DNA of 64,000 nt. Source: Lepidodermella squamata (Eukaryota; Animalia; Gastrotricha). A program made the translations under genes and the position numbers. The notes beneath the pieces were generated by a model, which was not told the origin of the DNA, did no database searches, and saw only the letters and a list, made by a program, of their open reading frames with translations. Positions within the stretch are counted from its first letter, which is position 1. Each line of letters opens with the position of its first letter. Positions 22,335-35,268 of this stretch are shown piece after piece. Location: positions 930,001 through 994,000 of the forward strand of contig JBLDXI010000030.1 in NCBI GenBank assembly GCA_047495785.1. Reading direction: 5' to 3'.

Positions 22335-25139
22335 ATGAACCTTTCATCTCTAATTCTTATTGCTTCGTACTTGCACGCAGTAAAGTGTAATGGAAGCGTT
22401 TCTGGTTCGATGCGGGAAGACCTGCTAAAGGCTTTCCCTGAAGTCAATGCGCCAAATTTACCCGTGGATAGTATGGCTACATGCAAGACAAAGCTGAATA
22501 TAACTCTCACTATTTACTTTACTAATTTAGTCGGCATCGACGAGCTGGAAAAAACGTAAATACATAACTCGAATCACAACATTTTGTTAACAGGCCATGT
22601 TAATAGGCTGTCAGTGTACGGAATAAATAGATTCAGCTGGCCTTACAATTGCGGAGAACCGTTCGAATGTTCGATATTTCAAAACGAATCGTCAAGAAAA
22701 AGTTGCGAAGACAATCGCGCCTCGGTCAACATTCCTCGACCGTTGGGGAACCCTGAGCAGCAAGTGCACGTTTTTTGCGAAATACTGCCAAGTTCCAGTG
22801 GGAATTGCAAGAAACTGCCTGAAAACGCCGTTTACTGCCATTTTTCATCTTTTTTCAAAACTTACTGCAGTTTTTGGAAAAAACTGGAAGTTGAAAGCTG
22901 GAAACCGCAGTAACTTCGCGAAATTGACAGTTTTTCACGAAACTTAGGAAATTCGGCATTTTGCGACCCGAAGTTAACTGCCAGGTAAAATATTTCTTCG
23001 CCGCCGTAAAAAACTTTCGATTTTTCTTTATTTTCACTGCGAAGTGAGAAATAGTGAACGAAATTGAACGAAATTCGATGCCTCGACCTCTAGTTTTTTG
23101 CCGAAAATTCCCTGGCTCGAAAACTGCCTTCTACCTATCCGGATCAAACTTATTTTATTTATCATGAAATTTCTCGTTTTTCTCGATTTTACCTAATTTT
23201 TCCTAATTATTTACCTGGATCCTAAAAATTACCGAATTTTTATCGTTTTCAGCCTGAACCATCTAAAATATAAGAATGACAGCAAAATTCGATAATTTGG
23301 ATTTTTCTTAAAAGCCAAATTTTTAATGACTGAAAATTGTCGCTCTAAATAAAAGCTGAAATAGGGCAAAATCATTGTTATTGGGGCGCTCGATTGTTGT
23401 GCACACAGGCCTCGGGGTGTTGCGTAATCACGCCATGCTTCAAAAATGTGGCTTTTTGGTTCCTTCAAATCATCATATTTTTGTTTTCAATTCCAAAACA
23501 TCCATCCCTATGTCCTATTTAGTAAGAATTTTTCGTCCGGCCTCAATTTCGCATTCTGAGCTTCATCGTTGCCTTGCTACCAGGTGTGTCGACCATGCAA
23601 TTTGGACAAGTCAGATATTTATCCAATTTTCAAGGTAATTTTGAAATTAATTCCGTTTTCTTTTATTTACCCGCAACTTTTGAAGGTTTGTCCTGCGAAT
23701 CGATTTTGCAGTCGAACCAGTCTTAACGGGCCGTTCAGCAATTCGTAATGGTATCGATGAATAATTAACAAGGTATTTTAGTGTTCAATTAATTTCAATT
23801 ATTAATTTCAATTAATTTCTACAGGTTATCGGGCCTGCTCCAGTGGCGGTTTCTGCATCAGTCACAGCCGTTGTTCGAGCGTCTCGTGAAACATCATTCA
23901 CTATTAACTTGACAATTTTTCATTTTTTTTATTGATCAGTTATGATGAATAAAATGATACTTGCATCGACGGATTTGCGTGAAGGGTAAAACTGTCTTTT
24001 TTGAAACAGAGAGTGAAAGCCGCATTTCTAATAGTGAATGCGAAGTACAAATGGCCCTGAGTGAAAGTTCTAGTGAAATTAGCAACGAGCAAGTAACTGC
24101 GCAGTAGAAACCATCTCTCACCACAAAAACTCTCACCGCAGAAAACCACCCAGAAAACTGTCCAGCTCGGCAAAAAACTAGACTTTTGACAGAATACTGC
24201 CAACAGAAAAACTCTCGCTAATTTGCATATTTAGTTTTTTTGATCTAGGCAGTTAAAAGGCCCGAAATTGTCGCTCGGGGAAGCCTGACGATAACCCTGT
24301 GTGGTATCCTCAGATGGTACATGAGAACGGCCACTCAACGAGCCGTCCTTTCGAAGAGTAAGGGAAGATGAATCTTTCAATAATTTGCGACTGTCTTTTC
24401 ATGTTTTTTTAGAATGGCAACGGCCGCAAGCCTAATGTCCATGTCGGATGGGCGGCTATATGGCTTCCTGGTCACTCCAGGGACCATCACATCGATTTGC
24501 GATACATCATTCGCCAAGTTCCCATTCGACGAGTTTCAGTGTTCAATCCTTCTCACATCGTTGGATTATTACGAATTTTCAGATGTTATCTTGGATAATC
24601 CGGGAATTCATCCAGGCTTGGTCGCAGAAAGTGACATCTGGGTATTCCAACGTTGTGACGTATTTCGAAGTTACACGTTTCAAAATGAGGGATTTACAAC
24701 TCAATCCGTTTACATCCGATTTGTTTTCAATCGAAAACCAGGCTACTACGTCTTCACGGTGTTTGTCCCGACATACGGCCTATTCCTCACGCAACTCCTA
24801 TGCTTGGTTTTGCCTCCTGAAATGTCTGATAGACCTGCCTTCAGCATGGCCGTTGTCTTGGCTAACTCTGTCACTCTCAGCTTGTTGATTGACCAGGTCC
24901 CCGTTACGTCGGAAATCATATACGTTGTAATTGGTATTCTCATGAAATACATCGCTGGACTGGTCATGACTGGCTACATGCTGGTCGCTTGTTACTACGC
25001 CCAAACTCCCAGTAGACTGATCAAATTTGGGAAATTGCGAATGACAGCTGTTCGATACGTTGACCTGGCTATTACAATACTTGTAGTATTTGCCACAACA
25101 ATTGTTGATATCATCACGTTTTTGATGATGACTGCTTGA
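22335..25139 (+). pseudogene. Subfamily B pLGIC with exon 2 interrupted by the CACTA-like element, otherwise intact
   Basis: Exon 1 22335-22555; exon 2 22607-22750 plus 24283-24357; exon 3 24413-25139 with normal FLMMTA* end. Confidence 0.85.
22751..24280. mobile_element. CACTA-like element (duplicate of 13193-14722)
   Basis: Same termini and AA TSD at +9558. Confidence 0.75.
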
Positions 25140-25640
25140 TAGCTAGATTATAATACGACGTTATTCTTTAATCCCCTCTTGTTCGCTCGTGTCTTTATAT
25201 TGTGCTGGTGCATCTGTTTAACTTCACTGCTACGTATTTCAGAAAAATCACCGTCACGAAGCTCCATGAAACATGGCATGTTTTCATCAGTGATATAATA
25301 CGTAAGGGAAACGTTTGCATTCAAATTAAACAAGTTTTGAAGCTCAGTATTCAGTTTTCAGCTCGAGAGTTTGAAGCACAAGAATCACGCACTTCGCATG
25401 TATAAGTATAGGCGAAAACGATGATATCGACAATTAAGCTCAAACCAAGGCAGCGTGACCGAGTTTGCAAGACAACAGTAATGATAAATGCTTGTTAATC
25501 TAATTCGAAAGAATCACGTACACAGGCCGATCAAGGCTTTGGCGAGCACGGCGGAGGACAATTGATTCGGCGCTATTGTTCACCGCCGCATTTGGGCCGA
25601 AATTCTGCTTGCAAAAGGCCATACTACCACCGGTTATGAT

Positions 25641-25735
25641 TGGAGAGCTGACATCTGGAAATGCGGCAACCATGTCGTCTCAAATCAAAGCTGCAAGAAA
25701 CAAGAAAATAAGTGCAGATGCATCGCAATGAAATA
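25641..25735 (-). pseudogene. Subfamily B exon 1 remnant
   Basis: GGAGAGCTGACATCTGGAAATGC...ATCAAAGCTGC matches the AALI..AFPDVSSP codons at 11196-11250; followed by intergenic DNA homologous to 5290-5850. Confidence 0.6.
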
Positions 25736-26320
25736 CGATGGCAGATAACTTCGAAGCCTAGGCAGAGAGCAGGAGCGCAGGGGATAGTTTAGAAATATTG
25801 GCATGACGATGCTGAACGCAACCCTATCCGGATATTGGATTCAGAGAGCCTTCGAACCAGCATTTCAATTTCAATAAAGCTCTCGAACTCATGTTAACTT
25901 TTCGAATACGTAGTGGCATCCGTAAGCGGCAACAAATCGATAAATTCTTTGTTTTCCCGCACATGGGAAAAAAAATCAATCGCAAACACTGTTCACGATC
26001 GATATCGACGAAAAGGTAATACTTTCGTATTATAATCTTCAGCATATAAGGCAGTCCCTCACAGGAGCCACGGAGGACGTGAAATGAAAATGTAAACCGG
26101 TTTATTCTTTGAAGTTTAAATGAAAATTGCATGCGTTTCGAAGTCAGCCTGTGGTCGAGAAACATCTCATGAAACCAACATCAAGCTACAAAAATGTTAA
26201 GGGAAACCGTGATGTAATTGCAAATTTATGATTATTAATGTAATTCGAAAAATCAGCGGATTTAAAAAGCTTTCAATGATCAGATTGGATGATGATTGGA
26301 AAACCTGTAGATAACGCCCT

Positions 26321-27509
26321 TCAAGATAACATCCGGGAGAAAAGAGCAGCGTCCATAGCCATTACAACCAGGCCTGCCGTTAAGGCCACCGCCAGGTCCA
26401 GAAGCCGATGCATGGGCATTTTCAAGGATTTATGCAACTTGATAACACGAGATTTTACAGACTCAGAGATACTAGGACTGAAGCAAGTATACGCTGTGAT
26501 TAGGACGGCAACAATGAATTTGACTGCTATCATGTAGACAAGGTAAACGTGAGCCGATGTTTTTGGCATCATGCCAAAAATCAACGTGAGAAAAACAACG
26601 TAGGAGAGCACAACAGTTACGCAAAACGCAGATTGGTCCCTGTTTATGGGCTCTGCTATCAGAGAAACGACTTGAAGGACGAAAAGCGTAATGGTTGGTA
26701 CGAAGATGTTGCAGACGTAGTAGCCACTTTTGCGGCGAAATCGGATCGTCATGTTAATTCGGCTAACACTAAAGGTTCCTTTAGCCTGCAAACATTCATA
26801 GCTGCTATACTCGAGTGGCTCGACAAGTGACCATATGTCAGTATCTACGATGAAAGTATCTTGGGCGGAGACATCGATGTCAAATGATTGAAGGTTGAAC
26901 TTTACATCTTTTATGACATCAGCGGATTCGAAAACTAGCGTGCAGGCCTGAGGCCTGCGTATCGAACGGGAATTTGCGGTAGCTGAAATCTGTGCACGAG
27001 ACGTCGAATCGGTCGAAAATAATGTAGCCCATCTCACTCAATGGGATAAATGGAAATATCGTGACCCGGTCGGCTAATTTGCGATTGAAAGCAGGAGATT
27101 CACTCGCAGTCAAGTGATAGATCCCTGGTGTCCAAATGTCTAACGCAGGGACCATGAAAAAGAGGTCAGCGGGATCGATTATCTTGCACTCGTTTTGGGA
27201 TAACAAATCTGTGCATTTGGGAATTTCGCATGGCAAGCCCCAATTCAATGTCAGAGATGCGAGTAATGACAGCTTTTGTTCCACGTCGTCGATTCCAACA
27301 AATCGATGGAGAGCCATTGTGATGCTGACGACAATCGGATGGCTGCCGTTGGAATAAAGCAATTGATCAAACGTTAAACTTGCAGACCGAACTGCTGGGC
27401 AGAATTTAGCAAGTCGCGCCTCAAATTCACTAACGGTCGATAAAGCATCCCCAATCGCCGCGTGCTCAACCATCAACACCACCCCCAACATCACTAGAAG
27501 CGATTTCAT
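26321..27509 (-). pseudogene. Subfamily A pLGIC with a single 7-bp duplication frameshift
   Basis: Two overlapping ORFs reconstitute a full protein; AGGCCTG repeated at 26944-26957, inside the Cys-loop codons. Confidence 0.88.
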
Positions 27510-27801
27510 GTCAGTTATAGCTTTCGATTTGAATGCCTGAGCGAGAATTCTCCGTTGAATTTTCGTTAAGTAAAACTCATCAATAAATCCAATTGTCACG
27601 TCAAATTTTCTGTTAGACGTTGGCATCGGCATGAATTTAACTCCACGGATATCAACAGAATCGATGGAATGATGAACTTTTTTTAATATCGTCTTCCTGG
27701 CACCACTATCCGAACGTTAGTCAGTAACTTTTATTAATTCCAAGTTTAAATTTTATATTGTTATCAGTGCTTAGAGAAAGAACATTTCGGGAGGAAAAAT
27801 A

Positions 27802-28212
27802 CCGTAAAATCCGAATTAGAAGGCACTGCCCTATATTTGAAACAATCGACCCCAAACCCCTGCCTTATAAACGAAACCTGCCCTGTATTTCGGGTCTGCC
27901 TTATATTTTTTCAAATGTCCACATCGCATTGTGGCACATGTGAAAATTCCTTTTATCAAGGTCGCGAATCAACGAATAGCGATCAATTGTTGACACTCGG
28001 GGATTAAGGTAGATTAGCTTACGCAACGGGCAACGGGTAACCTTTAGGAGCTCGCTTCCATGATGCTTCATGTGGATCATTAGTGTCCGATCAATGGGCA
28101 CTGCCCTCTAAACCGGGTCTGCCCTTTATTTCAAACAATCGAGCTCTACCCTCTGCCTTATAAACGGGCCCGCCCTCTATTTAGGTTCTGTCTTCTAATA
28201 TGGATTTTACGG
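27802..28212. mobile_element. Tc1/mariner-pogo-type MITE
   Basis: TA|CCGTAAAATCCGAATTAGAAG ... CTTCTAATATGGATTTTACGG|TA; internal repeats CTGCCCT..TT.AAACAATCGA. Confidence 0.8.
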
Positions 28213-28582
28213 TAATTGCGAAGATATGCAGGGTGTTTCAGAACTCGCGCACTATGAATAACCTGCGGCAAATGCGCGCGCTTTCCTTACTCGCGCACTG
28301 TTTACAGTTATATTAGCATGGATGCGCGTGTACAAACTATACTAGCCTATACAACATGAATGTACACCACACATAATAGCACTGCCGTAGCAATTTTCTG
28401 GCAAAAACCTTCGAGCCCCGATAAATTTGAGCTAAGCTTCATTAATTACCTTTTTAATTTCGAGGATGATGTCATGTTTTTCTGAAAATGCTGATTTACC
28501 CAAATGCGAGTTACCCACTGGCTAAATGCCCGGCCAAAACCTCCTAACGATGACAGTGCCGCAAGTTTTTGAGAATTTCAGG

Positions 28583-28600
28583 TTAGGGTTAGGGTTAGGG
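28583..28600 (+). repeat. Interstitial (TTAGGG)3
   Basis: Three exact TTAGGG units. Confidence 0.7.
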
Positions 28601-29221
28601 ATAGAAAGCTAAATTTTGAAATTAACTTGAATCTTCGACCCATTATGATCACTCAACTAGCGACTTTCATTATCATTCGTCATAAAATAAATCACCCGCG
28701 ATCTACGCGACAATTAGCTGACAGATTTTTCATTGATTTTCCGCCGATTATGGTCTCAGTAAAATGTTTTGTTGCTTAGGTTGTATTGTCAACTGATGTT
28801 CATATGGATAGTGGGAACATACGAGACAAAGTTCATGATGATTCAAAATCTACCAATGGCCCAAGTCATCGAATGATTTTGAAATGTTTCAAAGGAGAAA
28901 AATATTTCTCAGGTGCTACACCAGCTTCCTTTCCTCTTAAAAAGCTGTTTTATACCAGTAAAAGGCAACAGGTGTGCGATAAAAATGGAATATAACGCGG
29001 AATCTATTATATATCTTGAAGCTCGTGAGTCAATTTACCAATTTATCAAGGACGATCTGCTGAAACTAGTGATAATGATTGTAGGAAATGATGCAATTAA
29101 AGCAGCAGAATAAGCAATAATATAATAGCAAAGTGTACGATAGATTTGTGTGTCGCACTATAACGTCGTCATAATGGTGTTGAATATAAATATTATTTAT
29201 GTACGATCACAGCCCTCTAAA

Positions 29222-30511
29222 CTACAATAACATCAGAGTAAACAATCCAATGTCAGCTATGACAACGGTCAGAATAGCAGCAGTCGTTACGATGATGTCA
29301 CTGCAGCGTATAGCCGTCACTTCAAAACGCCAGAATTTGATTGCTTTCATTTCTTTTTGGGCCAGGTTGCATGTTATCAACATATGCGCCGTCAGGGCCA
29401 TGCCTATAACATATTTCATTGCTATGCCGACTACGATGTAGATTACTTCTGAGGTCTGAGGAACCTGAGTTGCCAACAGTCCAAGGGTGACGGAGTTAGC
29501 TAAGACCACAGTCATGCTGAAGGCTGGCCTATCAGGCATATCTGGCGGCATAAGCATGCAAAACAGCTGGGTTATGAACAATCCGTAAGTTGGTACGAAG
29601 ACTGTTGCAACGTAGTATACAGGCTTCCTTCGAAATTTAAAGCCTATCTCAATATCAACAGCTGAATGGCCGTCATTCGTTGCAAATTCGCTGACTTCCG
29701 TTGTGTAATTCTCTAAAACCCATATATCACTCGAATCTAGGAAATCTTCGTCAATTTTGATGTCTTCGATGGAATAGTTTATCAGTTCAGCTTTATCGAT
29801 AGCCGTGAAAGCCATCGAGCATTCGAAGGTGTCAAACGGGAACTTCGCAAATTTTGTCTTGCAGAGCGAAGTTATTGTACCAGAAGCTAACATGAACCCG
29901 TGCAGACCATTGTCCTGTTTCATGATCACCTCCGTATTTTTCGCCATCCTAGGTTTATCATGTTTTCATGTTTATAATTTATAATAGAGAAATTGAGGCG
30001 CAGGTATTTACCCTTCGAATGGCCGGCTGTTCTCATAGCCGTTATTATGATCCAATGTCGGATACCAAACAGGTGACTCATCTGGTTTGCCCAGTGGCAG
30101 TGGAAAGTTGATCAGCAACCGATTAGCCTTGCAAGCCTTCATTGTGACATCACTAGTGAAAATTGAACAGTTGAACGGTACCCCGCAGTTGTACGGCCAT
30201 AAAAAGCTATAGAATGCATGCATAGCCAAGCTGTTTGCAAAAGTTTAGCGGATAATCATCTGTTAGTGAAGAAATGAAATTCACGTTTTATCGGTATCGA
30301 CAATTCCGACGAATCGAGTTAACCAAACATGAATGGATATGTTCAGCTGATCCCCGCACGTAGTCATGCTATCTACGGGCAAATTCGGCGATTTGACATC
30401 TGGGAACGTCTTCAGAATGTCATTGCGAATAGTCTCTGCGACGGAGCTTTCGCCTTCGGTGCTAGCGGAATGCAGCAATGCTGAAGCTAAGAGAAACACG
30501 CGAAAGGCCAT
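29222..30511 (-). CDS. Cys-loop pLGIC subunit, subfamily B, intact
   Basis: Exons 30511-30285, 30230-30012, 29948-29222; introns 54 and 63 nt. Confidence 0.92.
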
Positions 30512-30770
30512 TATTGTGAGTATAAGTAGTATAAGGTCTCGCTTCAACTTTCGTGTTTCCCGTGATAATATAATATTCAGGAAAATCAATACAATGTCAA
30601 TTGCAATAGGGATTTCTGGTTTTAATTATGAAGGATGTCTTGATTCATACTACAGTGCTCCCTCGGGTCCAGGGTCCAGGGTCGTGCAATTAATTCGAGA
30701 GAGACAAGAGTCATTCAAAGTGTGTGCGCGCGCTAACTTTAATAAAAGAAGATTATTAAAGTTTACATAG

Positions 30771-30970
30771 GTCGCTCGATCTAAAGCAATGTTTGTCGAG
30801 GCGCGTCCAATGTTCTAGAGCCGATGGGAGGCTGCTCCGGAGGCTGAGCGGTTTCTGCAATACTTCGAAGATCAATGGCATGACTACGCCAGCCGCGCTT
30901 CTAGGTGGGAGGGCAACACACCTGGGTTACTGTCTACCAGCAACGGCATCGAGCCCTACAACAATTTGAA
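30771..30970 (+). mobile_element. Mutator-like (MULE) transposase fragment
   Basis: Manual translation ...RFLQYFEDQWHDYASRASRWEGNTPGLLSTSNGIEPYNN resembles the MULE FxxYF..QW..W..STNNxxE motif; one in-frame stop. Confidence 0.7.
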
Positions 30971-31299
30971 CCTGGCGAAAATTTCATAACGCGCCAGAGT
31001 AGTCAGGTTGCAATACTACAGTGAGTACATATATTTTTATTAGATAATAAAATATAATACGTTATGAAACAGCCACAGGTTGCAGTAAAATCAATAAAAA
31101 AATGTTCTTTTGTGATGTCTGAGCGACAAATGCATATACAGGTATATATATACAGGTATGTACAAGTACGAATCACGCTGGTACAGATACATCTTATGAA
31201 GCAACAAAAATAATATGGAGGAACGAATTGAAAATATAGAATGATGATTTTGAAGAATATAAAAATTTATGAGACATATTCATTCGATTCGACTTAAAT

Positions 31300-31420
31300 T
31301 TAACTTCTGGGAGAAAAAAATTACATTCATAATCATTACAATCAAGCCTGTAAATATGGCCACTGTTAGGTCCAGAAGCCGATTCATTGGCATTTTCAAT
31401 GATTTATGCAACTTAAAATT
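31300..31420 (-). pseudogene. Subfamily A 3' remnant (M4 only)
   Basis: FKLHKSLKMPMNRLLDLTVAIFTGLIVMIMNVIFFSQKL matches the C-terminus of 38856-40025. Confidence 0.8.
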
Positions 31421-32210
31421 ACGAGCAGATGGAGATGCGATGAAACTTCCATATGGAACCAAATATGACCGTAAAAGAGTTGTTTAGACATTTTTTTTCT
31501 CTACGACGTGGACGAGAATAAGAACACGTGGCAGCGGCACGTGCTGCATGAGCTCAACGTGGCATTTTTTGCAATGTATTATTTTATTTCGTGAATTATA
31601 GAATGCATTTGCTCAGAGAGTATGTTAGTGATGAAGAAGAGGATGAGGAGCAGTTATTGCAAGGCCTGTTCGGTGTAAACGATGTAAACGATGACCAAAT
31701 TGTTGATCCTGAAGATGATGAGCCCGCGTCAACGACGAGAAAGAATTATATCAATTACGACCCGTGGCAGCGATTTCATTCGTTCCAGACTTCCTGAGTT
31801 ATTTGCCAATTTTTGATAGTCAATAGGCCTGATCTAACATGAAACTGGCTGCCACTACTTCACGATTTACTTGCTCAACGCCCTGGCAATTTTCCCGGTT
31901 TATTCACAACTTTTAGAATTCAATTTTGACTTTGAAAATTTGCGACATCCCGATTTTTCAAATTGCTCTGATCCTATTAGGCCTATATACGATCTCTACC
32001 GTAGTTCTACCGTAGCACTACGGTAGAACTACGGTAAAACTACGGGAGATCTACGGTAAAGCTCTACGGTACCGTAGTTTTCCGATGGAAACTTACTTCT
32101 CTGGAAAACTAGAAATTTATTTTTCGAAAAACTGTCTTGTTTGGAAACTAAAATTCTAAAAGCTAACTTTCAAAAAACTAACGCGTGAAAACCACTCATG
32201 GGACACTTTC

Positions 32211-32389
32211 GAAAAACTAGCGTTTCCAAAATTGTGCATGATAGCTTTTTCGAAAAACTAGCGTTTCCAAAATTGTGCATGATAGCTTTTTCGAAAAACT
32301 AGCGTTTCCAAAATTGTGCATGATAGCTTTTTCGAAAAACTAGCGTTTCCAAAATTGTGCATGATAGCTTTTTCGAAAAACTAGCGTTT
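32211..32389 (+). repeat. 41-bp minisatellite, about 4.4 copies
   Basis: Unit GAAAAACTAGCGTTTCCAAAATTGTGCATGATAGCTTTTTC starting at 32211, 32252, 32293, 32334, partial at 32375. Confidence 0.95.
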
Positions 32390-32545
32390 TACTAGCTGCA
32401 ACATGTGGCAGCTATTGATTGCGCAACAATAGTTACCAATGTTACCAATCCTACCAAGTTGCCAATGCTGCAACTTAGCCAAAGTAACAAAAGTTAACAA
32501 CCCAAAAAATTCCTACATAAGCGCAAAAAATGACCAATATTATAT

Positions 32546-32640
32546 GACAGCCAATGGCTCAGTGGAAAGAGTGCCTGTCTTCGTAGGAGATGGTGATTAA
32601 GGATTGAGGGTTCAAAGCTCATCACCAACCATCCTTTTTT
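32546..32640 (+). ncRNA. tRNA-derived / SINE-head-like Pol III unit
   Basis: A box TGGCTCAGTGG 32555-32565, B-box-like GGTTCAAAGC 32609-32618 in a short stem, T6 run 32635-32640; no clean cloverleaf. Confidence 0.5.
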
Positions 32641-33546
32641 CATTTTCCCACTGCGGTACCGTAGAGTACGGTACCGTAGCTTTTACCGTACTCACTACGG
32701 TAAGGCTACGGTAAGAACTACGGTAGAACTACGGTAGAGATCGGCATTTGAATGGGAATCAGACCCCCATCATAACCCCCAGAATTAATTGCTCCCAGGA
32801 AAACTTTGAAAAAACCCCTTGGGTTATACAATTCGGCTCTGAAAATATTCTCTAGTAGTTCGATGCTCGATCATCGCTCCTGGGTGAACCTTTTCCCGAA
32901 CCTTTTTTATATACCAAAACCTAAATTCTGATTCTCATAAATCAGCCATCGTTCTAAATCATTATAACTTTTAACCTATATCCTATATATCCAAAGTGAA
33001 AATTTTATATCTAAATGGCTCAACATGAATGTTTGATGTTGGATAGTACATGAACCACATTTCCGTCGTCAGAGAAAACTTTTCCAGAATGGCAGAATTG
33101 AGACAGACCAGCACGAGAAGTGCCGGGGTAATGGGGATATCGTAACCCCCAGAACGAATGGCTCAGGCCCCAGGTGGAAAACCCTGAAAAAACCCTATGG
33201 TTATACAATTTGGCCCTGAAAATACGATATCACGACGATCCTACATCGCACACTGAGAGACATATTTTAGAATTTCATGGCGATGTATTCCGGCAGTTTT
33301 ATCACTGATTGAAGCTTCATTTTTTCGCATCCAAAAAATTGCAATCAACCAATCAAACAAAAAATTGCATCCGTTCGACTTTTTTGCAGCAAAAAGATAT
33401 ATTTTCTAAAAAACATGTTTGGCCCAAGAATCAAATTTCCGATATACTCGCGCATCCCTGTTGACGTATCAGTTATATTGCTTTTCCCCGCTCCTTATAC
33501 ACTTTTGCGGCGCTGCGAATCAGTCGGGTGAAATTCTACCAGGGCA

Positions 33547-34827
33547 ATGAAGCTTTCATCGATCATCGCTGTTGCTCTGTACCTACATGCAGCAAAGTGT
33601 GATGGCAGCATTTCTGGTTCAATGCGGGAAGACCTTCTCCAGGCTTTCCCTGAAGTCAACGCTCCGAATTTCCCCGTTGATAACATGGCAACGTGCGGGT
33701 CGAAGCTGAATATCACTATTACGTTTTTATTCTTGAATTTGGTAGGCAGAAACGAGGTCGAAAAAACGTAAATACACATTATGCAAAACCTAAAACCTAG
33801 AATTGCAAAATGTATTCATTCCACATAACAGGCTTGCAGTGTATGGCGTAACTCGATTCGACTGGCCCTACAATTGCGGAAAGCCGTTCGAATGTTCTAT
33901 ATTTCGAAACGAATTCGCGAATAAAAGCTGCGAAGAGAATCGCGTTTCAGTCAATATTCCCAGGCCGTTGGGGAAACCGGACGAAAACCCTGTTTGGTAC
34001 CCTCAGATGATACACGAAAACGGTTTCTCGACGAGCCGCCCATTCGAAGGGTAAGTAAAAACTGATGCTTCCAGGGTTTTTAAAAAGCCAAGTAATTTAG
34101 AATGACATCGGCGGCAAGCTTAATTTCCTTTTCGGATCGGCGTCTATACGGGTTCATTGTAGCTCCAGGGACTATCACGTCCATTTGCGATACAAAATTT
34201 GCAAAATTTCCCTTCGACCTTTTTGATTGTTCGATGCTCCTCACGTTATTGGATTTTAATGAATTTTCAAATATTCTCTTGGACGACCCAGATGTGGTCC
34301 CGGGCTTTGTATCAGACAGTGACATATGGGTTTTACAGAGCGTAACCATGAGTCAGGATTACATCTATCAACAGGAAGGATTCACCACCGCAACGACGTC
34401 GATCCGATTTGTTTTCAATCGGAAACCAGGCTACTACGTCTTTACGGTGTTTGTGCCAACATACGGCTTGTTCATCACGCAGCTTCTATGCTTGGTTTTG
34501 CCCCCTGAAATGCCTGATAGACCTGCCTTCAGCATGACTGTCGTATTGGCCAACTCCGTTACTCTCGGCTTTTTGATCACTCAAGTCCCTGTTACGTCAG
34601 AAATCATATACGTTGTAATTGGAATTCTGATGAAATACATCACTGGACTGGTTATGACAGCCTACATGCTGGTAGCTTGCTACTACGCCCAAACGCCTGG
34701 CAAACTGATGAATGTCTGGAAATTGCGAATGACTGCTGTTCGGTACTTCGACCTAGCTCTTACAATACTTGTTGTTTTCGCCACGACATTAGTTGATATC
34801 ATCACGTTTTTGATGATGACTGCTTAA
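33547..34827 (+). CDS. Cys-loop pLGIC subunit, subfamily B, intact
   Basis: Exons 33547-33767, 33832-34050, 34101-34827; introns 64 and 50 nt. Confidence 0.92.
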
Positions 34828-35268
34828 ATCGGAAGTCACATCGGATGGCATACGACGATTTCACGGCTACATGAATTCGATGATTTCTCAATTATTTTCT
34901 CAATAATTTATTCTTTGAAGTACTTATTCGTTATTCTCCTTCAATTTAAGTGGAACGAATTAGGTCATTTTTATTACCAAATCAATTTTCATATTTAAAT
35001 TCAATGGATTTCCCCATCAACTATCAAAGGCTGCAGGCCGACATAGCTGATTCTTTTAAATCAAAATCTGTTCGCCTTGGAAAATGTTTCAATATTGTAC
35101 ATATATAAACAATGATCTACTCTTATCTTTCTCGAGACGTGCTGCTCACTTTCATCTGCTTGATCGCCCCCATGTGCTGGATGAAACGATTACCTATCCC
35201 TGTTAATTCAAGTACGCTATTGTATTTTCGAACTTGAAATAAAATTTCCCGACAAATTTCTAATAAAG

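Larger units (their letters stand above)
15558..25117. repeat. Tandem duplication copy 2
   Basis: Matches 6000-15559 at offset 9558. Confidence 0.97.
31990..32743. mobile_element. Foldback/TIR element with subterminal CTACGGTA repeats
   Basis: Perfect 26-bp inverted repeat CGATCTCTACCGTAGTTCTACCGTAG at 31990-32015 and 32718-32743. Confidence 0.8.

Noticed and set aside
28583-28600. Chromosome end or telomere fusion
   Set aside because: Only three units, embedded in ordinary repeat-like DNA
32211-32389. Possible CRISPR array
   Set aside because: Repeats are head-to-tail with no spacers, context is eukaryotic, no cas genes
32546-32640. Functional tRNA gene
   Set aside because: A/B boxes present but no convincing acceptor or anticodon stem
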